Shown here piece after piece: positions 24,583-34,491 of a DNA stretch of 64,000 nt (the first letter of the stretch is position 1; each line of letters opens with the position of its first letter). The DNA is taken from NCBI RefSeq assembly GCF_055900595.2, contig NZ_CM148325.1, one strand, 5' to 3'. Both the position numbers and the translations under genes were made by a program. Under the pieces are notes generated by a model. It was not told the DNA's origin, searched no databases, and was given only the letters and a program-made list of their open reading frames with translations.

Positions 24583-25473
24583 ATGGAACTACGGCATTTA
24601 CGCTATTTCGTCGCAGTGGCGCAGGCACTGAACTTTACCCGTGCGGCGGAAAAACTGCATACCTCACAGCCTTCGTTAAGCAGCCAGATCCGCGATCTCG
24701 AAAACTGTGTTGGTGTTCCGCTACTGGTACGTGATAAACGTAAAGTCGCGTTGACGGCGGCGGGAGAATGTTTTCTCCAGGACGCGCAGGCAATCCTGGA
24801 ACAAGCGGAAAAGGCCAAACAACGAGCGCGGAAAATTGTTCAGGAAGATAAGCATTTAATCATCGGTTTCGTTCCATCGGCGGAAGTGAATTTACTGCCA
24901 AAAGTATTGCCCATGTTCCGACTGAAACAGCCAGAAACTTTGATCGAATTGGTGAGTTTAATTACCACGGAACAGGAAGAAAAAATTCGCCGTGGTGAAC
25001 TGGATGTCGGCTTAATGCGCCATCCTGTTTATAGCCCGGAGATTGATTATCTGGAACTTTTTGACGAACCATTAGTGGTGGTGTTGCCGGTTGATCATCC
25101 TTTAGCACAAGAAAAAGAGATCACCGCCGCGCAGCTGGATGGCGTGAATTTCGTTAGTACCGATCCGGCGTATTCCGGTTCGCTTGCGCCGATCGTTAAG
25201 GAGTGGTTTGCGCAAGAAAACAGCCAGCCGAATATCGTCCAGGTGGCAACCAATATTCTGGTAACGATGAATTTGGTGGGGATGGGGCTTGGCGTAACTT
25301 TGATACCCGGTTATATGAATAATTTTAATACCGGGCAGGTGGTATTTCGGCCAATTGCCGGAAATGTGCCTTCCATTGCCCTACTAATGGCGTGGAAGAA
25401 AGGCGAAATGAAACCGGCATTACGAGATTTCATCGCCATTGTGCAGGAACGTTTGGCAAGCGTAACGGCATAA
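24583..25473 (+). CDS. hcaR: LysR-family activator of the hca operon
   Basis: 296 aa from the ATG at 24583 with GGGGGAAGG ribosome-binding site; N-terminal HTH MELRHLRYFVAVA; divergent from hcaE. Confidence 0.92.
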   Translation: MELRHLRYFVAVAQALNFTRAAEKLHTSQPSLSSQIRDLENCVGVPLLVRDKRKVALTAAGECFLQDAQAILEQAEKAKQRARKIVQEDKHLIIGFVPSAEVNLLPKVLPMFRLKQPETLIELVSLITTEQEEKIRRGELDVGLMRHPVYSPEIDYLELFDEPLVVVLPVDHPLAQEKEITAAQLDGVNFVSTDPAYSGSLAPIVKEWFAQENSQPNIVQVATNILVTMNLVGMGLGVTLIPGYMNNFNTGQVVFRPIAGNVPSIALLMAWKKGEMKPALRDFIAIVQERLASVTA

Positions 25474-25633
25474 ATACGCAATAATTTTGCAAGGTGCGTT
25501 GTGGGGCGCAGCTTTTTTAGTGCTTGCGAACAGGCGTTACAGACATCGGGAAGCAGGCTCGAATATTCTTATTTTTCAACTTGCACCAACATTCGATTAA
25601 CCCCAGACTAACGCCTCCTGACGGGAGGGACTC

Positions 25634-26773
25634 ATGGTTTTGCAATCCACGCGCTGGTTGGCGCTCGGTTATTTCACATACTTTTTTAGTTACGGCATTT
25701 TTCTACCTTTCTGGAGCGTCTGGCTTAAGGGGATTGGCTTAACGCCAGAAACTATCGGCCTGTTATTGGGGGCTGGTCTGGTTGCCCGTTTTCTCGGGAG
25801 TTTGATCATCGCGCCCCGCGTTAGCGATCCTTCCCGCCTGATTTCCGCCTTGCGCGTACTGGCACTGCTGACACTTCTCTTTGCTGTCGCCTTCTGGGCG
25901 GGGGCGCATGTAGCGTGGTTGATGGTGGTGATGATTGGCTTTAACCTCTTTTTCTCACCGCTGGTACCGTTGACCGATGCACTGGCGAATACATGGCAAA
26001 AACAGTTCCCGCTTGATTACGGCAAAGTGCGACTGTGGGGCTCGGTGGCGTTTGTCATTGGCTCGGCGCTGACAGGCAAACTGGTCAGTATGTTGGATTA
26101 TCGGGTGATCCTCGCGCTGTTGACGTTGGGCGTGGCGTCCATGCTGCTCGGATTTCTCATTCGTCCAACGATTCAGCCACAAGGGGCTAGCCGTCAGCAG
26201 GAGAGCACGGGAGGGCCAGCCTGGCTGACACTGGTCCGCCAGAACTGGCGCTTTCTGGCCTGCGTTTGTTTATTACAGGGAGCGCATGCAGCCTATTACG
26301 GTTTTAGCGCTATTTACTGGCAGGCAGCTGGGTATTCTGCTTCAGCGGTGGGCTATTTGTGGTCGCTGGGCGTGGTGGCAGAAGTCATTATTTTTGCGCT
26401 GAGTAATAAACTTTTCCGCCGTTGTAGTGCACGCGATATGCTGCTGATCTCGGCAATTAGCGGCGTAATGCGCTGGGGAATTATGGGAGCAACGACGGCG
26501 TTGCCGTGGTTGATAGTAGTGCAAATTCTGCATTGCGGCACCTTCACGGTCTGCCACCTGGCGGCCATGCGTTATATTGCCGCCCGCCAGGGTAGCGAAG
26601 TCATTCGTTTGCAGGCGGTTTACTCTGCCGTTGCAATGGGCGGTAGTATCGCCATCATGACCGTCTTCGCCGGTTTCCTGTATCAATATCTGGGCCACGG
26701 CGTGTTCTGGGTGATGGCGCTGGTGGCGCTTCCGGCAATGTTCTTGCGCCCGAAAGTTGTTCCCTCATGCTGA
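25634..26773 (+). CDS. hcaT: MFS transporter (putative phenylpropionate permease)
   Basis: 379 aa, 12 transmembrane segments. Confidence 0.9.
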   Translation: MVLQSTRWLALGYFTYFFSYGIFLPFWSVWLKGIGLTPETIGLLLGAGLVARFLGSLIIAPRVSDPSRLISALRVLALLTLLFAVAFWAGAHVAWLMVVMIGFNLFFSPLVPLTDALANTWQKQFPLDYGKVRLWGSVAFVIGSALTGKLVSMLDYRVILALLTLGVASMLLGFLIRPTIQPQGASRQQESTGGPAWLTLVRQNWRFLACVCLLQGAHAAYYGFSAIYWQAAGYSASAVGYLWSLGVVAEVIIFALSNKLFRRCSARDMLLISAISGVMRWGIMGATTALPWLIVVQILHCGTFTVCHLAAMRYIAARQGSEVIRLQAVYSAVAMGGSIAIMTVFAGFLYQYLGHGVFWVMALVALPAMFLRPKVVPSC

Positions 26774-28045
26774 TTCGAGCATTTTGCGGATCTGCTCCTG
26801 TTGGTGTGTTGTCAGCGTCAGATCTGTGTAGATCAGCGGTGGTGAAAAGAGCGGTAACGGCGTGGTGTAAGGCGCAATAATCAGTGCCGCGCCGCGTGGA
26901 GCACCTCTCTGCAAAAATGCTTTTACCGACATATGCTTAATGTTGAGCGGCAGTAACGTTAGTTCACGTAACTGCTGCTCAATCTGCGCTTCACGCTCGC
27001 TATCATTCCCGGTCAGTAGAATAATCTGTTTTTCATGCAGGTCGTTTTCCTGCATTAGCCAGGCACCGAAAATCACCGCGACCAGACCGCTTTCCTCATC
27101 AGAAAGATGGACGCTGTATTCACTTTCAAATCCGGTCAGCGCCGCGCGGGTGGTGCGCACCAGGCGTGGGTACAGTCTGGAGAACTCTTCTGGCAGGGTG
27201 TTATCAATACCGATGGCAAACAAACTGCGATTTAACGCCTGGGCGAGGTGAGTATAAAGCTGATCTAATAACCCCTGTTCATCATAAAAACGAACATTTC
27301 CCAGCTCACGAAAATGGTTTACCAGACGTTTGATAGACTGACGCAATTGTCTATCCCGCTGATGCGCATCCCGAATTGGATCGGGAACTCGCAACATGGA
27401 AAAAAGTAATGCCATAAATAGTGGCTCATCAGGCGGTACAGGCTGGAGCGCCCGACGCTGCCAGTGGCGTCCAATTTCCTGCGCTACCTGAAATTCCAGG
27501 CAGGATTCTGCCCAGCGACGTTGGAGCGGATTAAACTGAGGCGTAATGCCAGCGTGGTGTTGCAGCAAGCAATATTGCAGATACAGACACAGGAAATGAA
27601 TATCGCGCGATTCAAAGCGTTTTTGTAGCCGTCGAGAGCAGAGATTCACTAACGCTTGTAGATTGGTATCGTCGTAAAAGTTACGCGAAATTCCGCGCCG
27701 CTTTAGTTCACTCTTCAGAGCAGGTGTGAATTGGCTGGTAATAAATGACGGACACAGACGGAAACCACGTCGTAGCCAATGAAATAAACACAAACGTTGG
27801 TTAAGCACTGTGCCTTCAACCCGGTAGCTACCGTCATAACCAGTAGTCAGTGTGAGTTGATGATAGCGCAGGATCTCCCGTCCTGTTTCGCTGATATCAA
27901 GACAGGCAATATCATCATCCACACCATTAAGCTCGCTGAAAGTTGCCGTGGTGGCGGTCAACCCCGGCTGAAAGAGTGTCAGCAAGATCTGGCAGCGGCG
28001 CTGGGGAGCCGAAAGGACAGATGGTGAAGCAAGCGTAGGCATCAT
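26765..28045 (-). CDS. csiE: stationary-phase inducible protein CsiE
   Basis: 426 aa from the internal ATG (MMPTLA...); PRD-type regulatory-domain protein; 3' end overlaps hcaT by 9 nt. Confidence 0.85.
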   Translation of the reverse strand: MMPTLASPSVLSAPQRRCQILLTLFQPGLTATTATFSELNGVDDDIACLDISETGREILRYHQLTLTTGYDGSYRVEGTVLNQRLCLFHWLRRGFRLCPSFITSQFTPALKSELKRRGISRNFYDDTNLQALVNLCSRRLQKRFESRDIHFLCLYLQYCLLQHHAGITPQFNPLQRRWAESCLEFQVAQEIGRHWQRRALQPVPPDEPLFMALLFSMLRVPDPIRDAHQRDRQLRQSIKRLVNHFRELGNVRFYDEQGLLDQLYTHLAQALNRSLFAIGIDNTLPEEFSRLYPRLVRTTRAALTGFESEYSVHLSDEESGLVAVIFGAWLMQENDLHEKQIILLTGNDSEREAQIEQQLRELTLLPLNIKHMSVKAFLQRGAPRGAALIIAPYTTPLPLFSPPLIYTDLTLTTHQQEQIRKMLESA

Positions 28046-28235
28046 CTGTAGATCTCCCATAAGCATAATTGATAAGAATAGCTAAAGTTTGCCCAGGGAA
28101 ATGGCGAAGGGAATGCTAATCATCAGAAATGTTGGCAAGCGTCACAGAATTTTTCTCATCTTAAACTGTTCTGACCAGTGGATTAGCTCGTCTAAAGGTG
28201 GATTTGTGAATGATTATCGCGCTAGCGATCATGGG

Positions 28236-29090
28236 TTAGTTGTGCGGATTCAACGTGCTAAGGATAAAATCCACTATTTGTTCGCGATAAACATCACCGT
28301 GACGATCGGAAAAAGCATCAATGTGTTCGCCGTCAGGGATTAAGATTAAACGTTTTGGCTCTTTTGCCAGATCATACAACTTTTGGCTGTGCTGCCATGG
28401 GATAACGTGATCGGCCTTACCGTGAATGAGTAAAACTGGGATCGGGCTGACGCTGGCGATGTAATTTTCGCCGCTGTAACTCTCATCAAGTAAGTAGCCA
28501 CTGCCGGGGATCATCTGGTTGGCAATGGTTGCATAAGAGGCAAATGTGGAGTCGAGGATCACTGCACGTATGCCCTCACGATCACCCTGACCAACAACAT
28601 CAAGAATATTCGCCCCGCCAATACTCTGCCCGAACAGTACCAGTCGTTGTGGGTTTACATCACTGCGATGGCGCACCACATTGATGGCACTTAGCGTATC
28701 GTCCAGCAATCCGGCCTGAGACGGCGTGCCTTTTGATTTACCAAACCCGCGATAATCAAACATAAAAACGTTGAAATTACGCTCAGGTAACCAACTGACC
28801 AGCGGCCAGTGGGCGGACATATTTCCGGCATTGCCGTGAGCATGAATGATGGTTGCGATGGCGTTGTCAGCGGGGCCTGTCGAAGAAGGGATAAACCAGC
28901 CTTGCAGACGAGTACCGTCCTTAGCTGTAAATTCGACGGATTCCGCCGACCAGGGGTCGGGACCGTAAATTTTGTCGTCGGGATAATAGAAGAAGTTGAT
29001 GGCAACGCGCGGCACTAAATAAACGCAGAAGGCAACAACAAAGAGAATAAACAGAATTTTGAGAACGCGTGTGTTCACTGGCAGTGCCAT
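28236..29090 (-). CDS. yfhR: alpha/beta-hydrolase (S9-peptidase-like) membrane-anchored protein
   Basis: 284 aa; N-terminal transmembrane helix; nucleophile elbow GQSIGG. Confidence 0.85.
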   Translation of the reverse strand: MALPVNTRVLKILFILFVVAFCVYLVPRVAINFFYYPDDKIYGPDPWSAESVEFTAKDGTRLQGWFIPSSTGPADNAIATIIHAHGNAGNMSAHWPLVSWLPERNFNVFMFDYRGFGKSKGTPSQAGLLDDTLSAINVVRHRSDVNPQRLVLFGQSIGGANILDVVGQGDREGIRAVILDSTFASYATIANQMIPGSGYLLDESYSGENYIASVSPIPVLLIHGKADHVIPWQHSQKLYDLAKEPKRLILIPDGEHIDAFSDRHGDVYREQIVDFILSTLNPHN

Positions 29091-29234
29091 AACCTTTCCT
29101 TGCGACTTCTTTATCATCCATTAATCGGGGAAAGATGGTGGGAGAGTGACGAAAGAAAGTAAAGCAGAGCGGAAGCATTTCGGAATAGCGCCTGAAAGGC
29201 GAGGGCGGGTGAGAGAAATCACCCGCCAGAGAAA

Positions 29235-30038
29235 TTAACGCTTCAGGGCGTCGCTTAACTCGTCACGCATGTTCGCCAGCATGGCTTTAACAACGCGCGG
29301 GTTACCGGCAACGATGTTACCGGTCAGCATGTAGTTATGACCACCGTTGAAGTCGCTGACGATGCCGCCCGCTTCACGAACCAGCAGCTCACCTGCGGCG
29401 AAATCCCACGGACGCAGACCGATTTCAAAGAAACCGTCAACGCGACCCGCAGCAACGTAAGCCAGATCCAGCGCCGCAGAACCGGTACGACGGAAGTCTG
29501 CACATTCGTTGAACAGTTTGCCGACGATGTTGATGTAGGTGGTGGCGTACTGTTTTGCTTTGAACGGGAAGCCGGTCGCCAGAATAGTACCGTCGAGATC
29601 GCGAGCGGTGCTGCCGCGCAGACGGTAGCCGTTCAGCTGTGCGCCCTGACCGCGAGTCGCGGTGAACAGTTCGTTACGCATAGGATCATAAACCACAGCA
29701 ACTTCAGTGCGGCCTTTGATACGAACGGCAATAGATACCGCGAAGTGCGGCAGGCGTTTGATAAAGTTGGTAGTGCCATCCAGTGGATCGATAACCCATT
29801 GAACATCCTGATCGGTACCTTCAAGTTCACCGCTTTCTTCGGTGATGATGGTGTGCTGTGGGTAAGATTTACGAATCGTGTCGATAATCACCGCTTCGGC
29901 AGCTTTATCTACGTTGGTCACGAAATCGTTACTGCCTTTCTGGCTCGCTTCTACAGCGTCCGGGGTTTCATAGTTTTTGGCAATTAAATTACCCGCCTTG
30001 CGCGCTGCGCGCACGGCGATGTTCAGCATCGGATGCAT
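29235..30038 (-). CDS. suhB: inositol monophosphatase / NusB-binding protein
   Basis: 267 aa; IMPase motifs DPLDGT and WDFAAG. Confidence 0.95.
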   Translation of the reverse strand: MHPMLNIAVRAARKAGNLIAKNYETPDAVEASQKGSNDFVTNVDKAAEAVIIDTIRKSYPQHTIITEESGELEGTDQDVQWVIDPLDGTTNFIKRLPHFAVSIAVRIKGRTEVAVVYDPMRNELFTATRGQGAQLNGYRLRGSTARDLDGTILATGFPFKAKQYATTYINIVGKLFNECADFRRTGSAALDLAYVAAGRVDGFFEIGLRPWDFAAGELLVREAGGIVSDFNGGHNYMLTGNIVAGNPRVVKAMLANMRDELSDALKR

Positions 30039-30156
30039 CGGTCTCTCTCACTGGATGTTAAAGAACGGGAAAACGGCGCAGAGTATAGCAGCGAGATCGG
30101 CATCTGTCTTCGTTTTATGATAAGATGCGCAAATAATCTTTAGACGAAGAAAGACA

Positions 30157-30897
30157 ATGCTGCAAAATATTCGAATTGTGCTGGTGGAGACGTCACACAC
30201 CGGCAATATGGGTTCTGTTGCCCGTGCCATGAAAACAATGGGCTTAACCAATCTGTGGCTGGTTAATCCATTGGTGAAACCTGACTCCCAGGCGATTGCT
30301 CTGGCAGCAGGGGCCAACGATGTGATTGGTAATGCTCACATTGTCGATACGCTCGACGAAGCGTTAGCCGGTTGTAGCCTGGTGGTTGGCACCAGCGCAC
30401 GTTCCCGCACGCTGCCGTGGCCGATGCTCGACCCGCGTGAATGCGGTTTGAAAAGCGTCGCTGAAGCGGCAAATACGCCGGTGGCACTGGTTTTTGGTCG
30501 TGAGCGCGTTGGCTTGACCAATGAAGAGTTGCAAAAGTGCCATTATCATGTCGCCATTGCCGCTAATCCGGAATACAGTTCGCTGAACCTGGCGATGGCT
30601 GTTCAGGTTATTGCCTATGAAGTGCGCATGGCCTGGCTGGCGACTCAGGAGAACAGCGAGCAGGTTGAACATGACGAGACGCCGTATCCGCTGGTCGATG
30701 ATCTGGAACGTTTTTACGGTCATCTTGAACAAACGCTGCTGGCAACCGGCTTTATCCGTGAAAACCATCCGGGGCAGGTGATGAATAAGCTGCGTCGTCT
30801 GTTTACCCGTGCGCGCCCGGAAAGCCAGGAGTTGAATATCCTGCGCGGGATTCTGGCTTCTATTGAGCAGCAGAATAAAGGTAACAAGGCCGAATAA
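30157..30897 (+). CDS. trmJ: tRNA (Cm32/Um32) 2'-O-methyltransferase (SPOUT)
   Basis: 246 aa; SpoU-type fold. Confidence 0.92.
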   Translation: MLQNIRIVLVETSHTGNMGSVARAMKTMGLTNLWLVNPLVKPDSQAIALAAGANDVIGNAHIVDTLDEALAGCSLVVGTSARSRTLPWPMLDPRECGLKSVAEAANTPVALVFGRERVGLTNEELQKCHYHVAIAANPEYSSLNLAMAVQVIAYEVRMAWLATQENSEQVEHDETPYPLVDDLERFYGHLEQTLLATGFIRENHPGQVMNKLRRLFTRARPESQELNILRGILASIEQQNKGNKAE

Positions 30898-30903
30898 CCG
30901 AGG

Positions 30904-30992
30904 TTGCCTGATACGGCGCTTAACGCGTCTTGTCAGGCCTACATTGTACTGAACCCCTGGTCGGATAAAGTGTTTACGCCGCACCCGACAAC
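30904..30992. repeat. REP cluster between trmJ and iscR
   Basis: gcctgatacggcgcttaacgcgtcttgtcaggcctaca plus a partial second unit. Confidence 0.75.
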
Positions 30993-31059
30993 AGGTACAA
31001 ACGCCACGATAAAAAAATGGCACTGAAGGTTAAATACCCGACTAAATCAGTCAAGTAAA

Positions 31060-31166
31060 TAGTTGACCAATTTACTCGGGAATGTCAGACTTGACCCTGC
31101 TATGCAATACCCCCACTTTTACAATAAAAAACCCCGGGCAGGGGCGAGTTTGAGGTGAAGTAAGAC
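31060..31166 (+). promoter_or_regulatory. iscR promoter region with IscR autoregulatory sites
   Basis: AT-rich region with TTGACC motifs at 31063 and 31091; matches the known autorepressed isc promoter from memory; exact site boundaries not resolved. Confidence 0.55.
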
Positions 31167-31655
31167 ATGAGACTGACATCTAAAGGGCGCTATGCCGTGA
31201 CCGCAATGCTTGACGTTGCGCTCAACTCTGAAGCGGGCCCGGTACCGTTGGCTGATATTTCCGAACGTCAGGGAATTTCCCTTTCTTATCTGGAACAACT
31301 GTTTTCCCGTCTGCGTAAAAATGGTCTGGTTTCCAGCGTACGCGGACCAGGCGGTGGTTATCTGTTAGGCAAAGATGCCAGCAGCATCGCCGTTGGCGAA
31401 GTGATTAGCGCCGTTGACGAATCTGTAGATGCCACCCGTTGTCAGGGTAAAGGCGGCTGCCAGGGGGGCGATAAATGCCTGACCCATGCGCTGTGGCGTG
31501 ATTTGAGCGACCGCCTCACCGGTTTTCTCAACAACATTACTTTAGGCGAACTGGTTAATAACCAGGAAGTGCTGGATGTATCTGGTCGTCAGCATACTCA
31601 CGACGCGCCACGCACCCGCACACAAGACGCGATCGACGTTAAGTTACGCGCTTAA
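31167..31655 (+). CDS. iscR: Fe-S cluster regulator IscR (Rrf2 family)
   Basis: 162 aa; cluster ligands in [16 protein letters not shown]. Confidence 0.96.
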
Positions 31656-31664
31656 TTTAACCGT

Positions 31665-31800
31665 CCTGTTTCGTGTTGCATCTGCGTTGACTGTACATAC
31701 TCACTCCGGTCACTTACTTATGTAAGCTCCCGGAGATTCGTAAGTTTGTCAACTTGCTGAAACCCGAAACAGTTAGGTTAAAGATAACAAGATATTAGAA
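31665..31800. repeat. ERIC-like element inside the iscR-iscS intergenic region
   Basis: 31698-31741 tactcactccggtcacttacttatgtaagctcccggagattcg matches the conserved ERIC central inverted repeat; outer boundaries are approximate. Confidence 0.6.
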
Positions 31801-31895
31801 TCAGGCCGGGGCGTCTCGCGCTCCGTAAACACGGTCGTACATCCAGCCGGTAGCCTGGTTCCTTGCATTGAGTGATGTACGGAGTTTATAGAGCA

Positions 31896-33110
31896 ATGAA
31901 ATTACCGATTTATCTCGACTACTCCGCAACCACGCCGGTGGACCCGCGTGTTGCCGAGAAAATGATGCAGTTTATGACGATGGACGGAACCTTTGGTAAC
32001 CCGGCCTCCCGTTCTCACCGTTTCGGCTGGCAGGCTGAAGAAGCGGTAGATATCGCTCGTAATCAGATTGCCGATCTGGTTGGCGCTGATCCGCGTGAAA
32101 TTGTCTTTACCTCTGGTGCTACCGAATCTGACAACCTGGCGATCAAAGGTGCTGCTAACTTTTATCAGAAAAAAGGCAAGCACATCATCACCAGCAAAAC
32201 CGAACACAAAGCGGTACTGGATACCTGCCGTCAACTGGAGCGCGAAGGTTTTGAAGTCACTTACCTGGCACCGCAGCGTAACGGTATTATCGACCTGAAA
32301 GAACTCGAAGCAGCGATGCGTGATGACACCATCCTTGTTTCCATCATGCACGTAAATAACGAAATCGGCGTGGTGCAGGATATCGCGGCTATCGGTGAAA
32401 TGTGCCGTGCTCGTGGCATTATCTATCACGTTGATGCAACCCAGAGCGTGGGCAAACTGCCTATCGACCTGAGCCAGTTGAAAGTTGACCTGATGTCTTT
32501 CTCCGGTCACAAAATCTACGGCCCGAAAGGTATCGGTGCGCTGTATGTGCGTCGTAAACCGCGCGTACGTATCGAAGCACAAATGCACGGCGGCGGTCAC
32601 GAGCGCGGTATGCGTTCCGGTACTCTGCCTGTTCACCAGATCGTCGGTATGGGCGAAGCCTATCGCATCGCAAAAGAAGAGATGGCGACCGAGATGGAAC
32701 GTCTGCGCGGCCTGCGTAACCGTCTGTGGAACGGCATCAAAGATATCGAAGAAGTTTACCTGAACGGTGACCTGGAACACGGTGCGCCGAACATTCTCAA
32801 CGTCAGCTTTAATTACGTTGAAGGTGAGTCGCTGATTATGGCGCTGAAAGACCTTGCGGTTTCTTCCGGTTCTGCCTGTACGTCAGCAAGCCTCGAACCG
32901 TCCTACGTGCTGCGCGCGCTGGGGCTGAACGACGAGCTGGCACATAGCTCTATCCGTTTCTCTTTAGGTCGTTTTACTACTGAAGAAGAGATCGACTACA
33001 CCATCGAGTTAGTTCGTAAATCCATCGGTCGTCTGCGTGACCTTTCTCCGCTGTGGGAAATGTACAAGCAGGGCGTGGATCTGAACAGCATCGAATGGGC
33101 ACATCATTAA
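31896..33110 (+). CDS. iscS: cysteine desulfurase
   Basis: 404 aa from the ATG at 31896 ([14 protein letters not shown]); PLP-lysine SGHK; active-site SSGSACTS. Confidence 0.96.
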
Positions 33111-33137
33111 TCGGTATCGGAATCAGGAGAATTTATA

Positions 33138-33524
33138 ATGGCTTACAGCGAAAAAGTTATCGATCATTACGAGAATCCACGTAACGTGGGTTCCTTTGAC
33201 AACAACGACGAGAACGTGGGCAGCGGCATGGTGGGTGCACCGGCCTGTGGCGACGTGATGAAGTTGCAGATTAAAGTCAACGATGAAGGTATCATTGAAG
33301 ACGCGCGTTTTAAAACTTACGGCTGCGGTTCCGCTATCGCTTCCAGCTCCCTGGTCACCGAATGGGTGAAAGGGAAGTCTCTCGACGAAGCACAGGCGAT
33401 CAAAAACACCGATATTGCTGAAGAACTTGAACTGCCGCCGGTGAAAATTCACTGTTCTATTCTGGCAGAAGACGCGATCAAAGCCGCCATTGCGGACTAT
33501 AAAAGCAAACGTGAAGCAAAATAA
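33138..33524 (+). CDS. iscU: Fe-S cluster scaffold protein
   Basis: 128 aa; LPPVK motif and conserved Cys residues. Confidence 0.96.
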   Translation: MAYSEKVIDHYENPRNVGSFDNNDENVGSGMVGAPACGDVMKLQIKVNDEGIIEDARFKTYGCGSAIASSSLVTEWVKGKSLDEAQAIKNTDIAEELELPPVKIHCSILAEDAIKAAIADYKSKREAK

Positions 33525-33540
33525 GAGTTGAGGTTTGGTT

Positions 33541-33864
33541 ATGTCGATTACACTGAGCGACAGTGCAGCAGCGCGAGTAAATACCTTTCTGGCTAACCGC
33601 GGCAAAGGGTTTGGCCTGCGTCTGGGCGTGAGAACCTCCGGATGTTCAGGTATGGCTTATGTACTGGAATTTGTTGACGAACCGACGCCGGAAGACATCG
33701 TGTTTGAAGACAAAGGCGTGAAAGTCGTGGTCGATGGCAAAAGCCTGCAATTTCTGGACGGTACGCAACTGGATTTCGTAAAAGAAGGCCTGAACGAAGG
33801 GTTTAAATTTACCAACCCGAACGTCAAAGATGAGTGTGGTTGCGGCGAAAGCTTCCACGTTTGA
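33541..33864 (+). CDS. iscA: A-type Fe-S carrier
   Basis: 107 aa; C-terminal CGCGESF. Confidence 0.95.
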   Translation: MSITLSDSAAARVNTFLANRGKGFGLRLGVRTSGCSGMAYVLEFVDEPTPEDIVFEDKGVKVVVDGKSLQFLDGTQLDFVKEGLNEGFKFTNPNVKDECGCGESFHV

Positions 33865-33959
33865 TGCGCATACCGATAACCCCACCGTGGTCAGCTGCGC
33901 GTGGGGTTTGTTTTACCTGATTCGTCGTTATTGCGGCGGATCGCAGCCCTGAGAATGTT

Positions 33960-34475
33960 ATGGATTACTTCACCCTCTTTGGCTTGCCTGCCCGTTATCA
34001 ACTCGATACCCAGGCACTGAGCCTGCGTTTTCAGGATCTACAACGTCAGTATCATCCTGATAAATTCGCCAGCGGAAGCCAGGCGGAACAACTCGCCGCC
34101 GTACAGCAATCTGCAACCATTAACCAGGCCTGGCAAACGCTGCGTCATCCGTTAATGCGCGCGGAATATTTACTTTCTTTGCACGGTTTTGATCTCGCCA
34201 GCGAGCAGCATACTGTGCGCGACACCGCGTTCCTGATGGAACAGCTGGAGCTTCGCGAAGAACTGGACGAGATCGAACAGGCGAAAGATGAAGCGCGGCT
34301 GGAAAGCTTTATCAAACGTGTGAAAAAGATGTTTGATACCCGCCATCAGTTGATGGTTGAACAGTTAGACAACGAGACGTGGGACGCGGCGGCGGATACC
34401 GTGCGTAAGCTGCGTTTTCTCGATAAACTGCGAAGCAGTGCCGAACAACTCGAAGAAAAACTGCTCGATTTTTAA
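33960..34475 (+). CDS. hscB: J-domain co-chaperone HscB
   Basis: 171 aa; J-domain HPD motif. Confidence 0.95.
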   Translation: MDYFTLFGLPARYQLDTQALSLRFQDLQRQYHPDKFASGSQAEQLAAVQQSATINQAWQTLRHPLMRAEYLLSLHGFDLASEQHTVRDTAFLMEQLELREELDEIEQAKDEARLESFIKRVKKMFDTRHQLMVEQLDNETWDAAADTVRKLRFLDKLRSSAEQLEEKLLDF

Positions 34476-34491
34476 TTTCTGGAAGCTAAAC

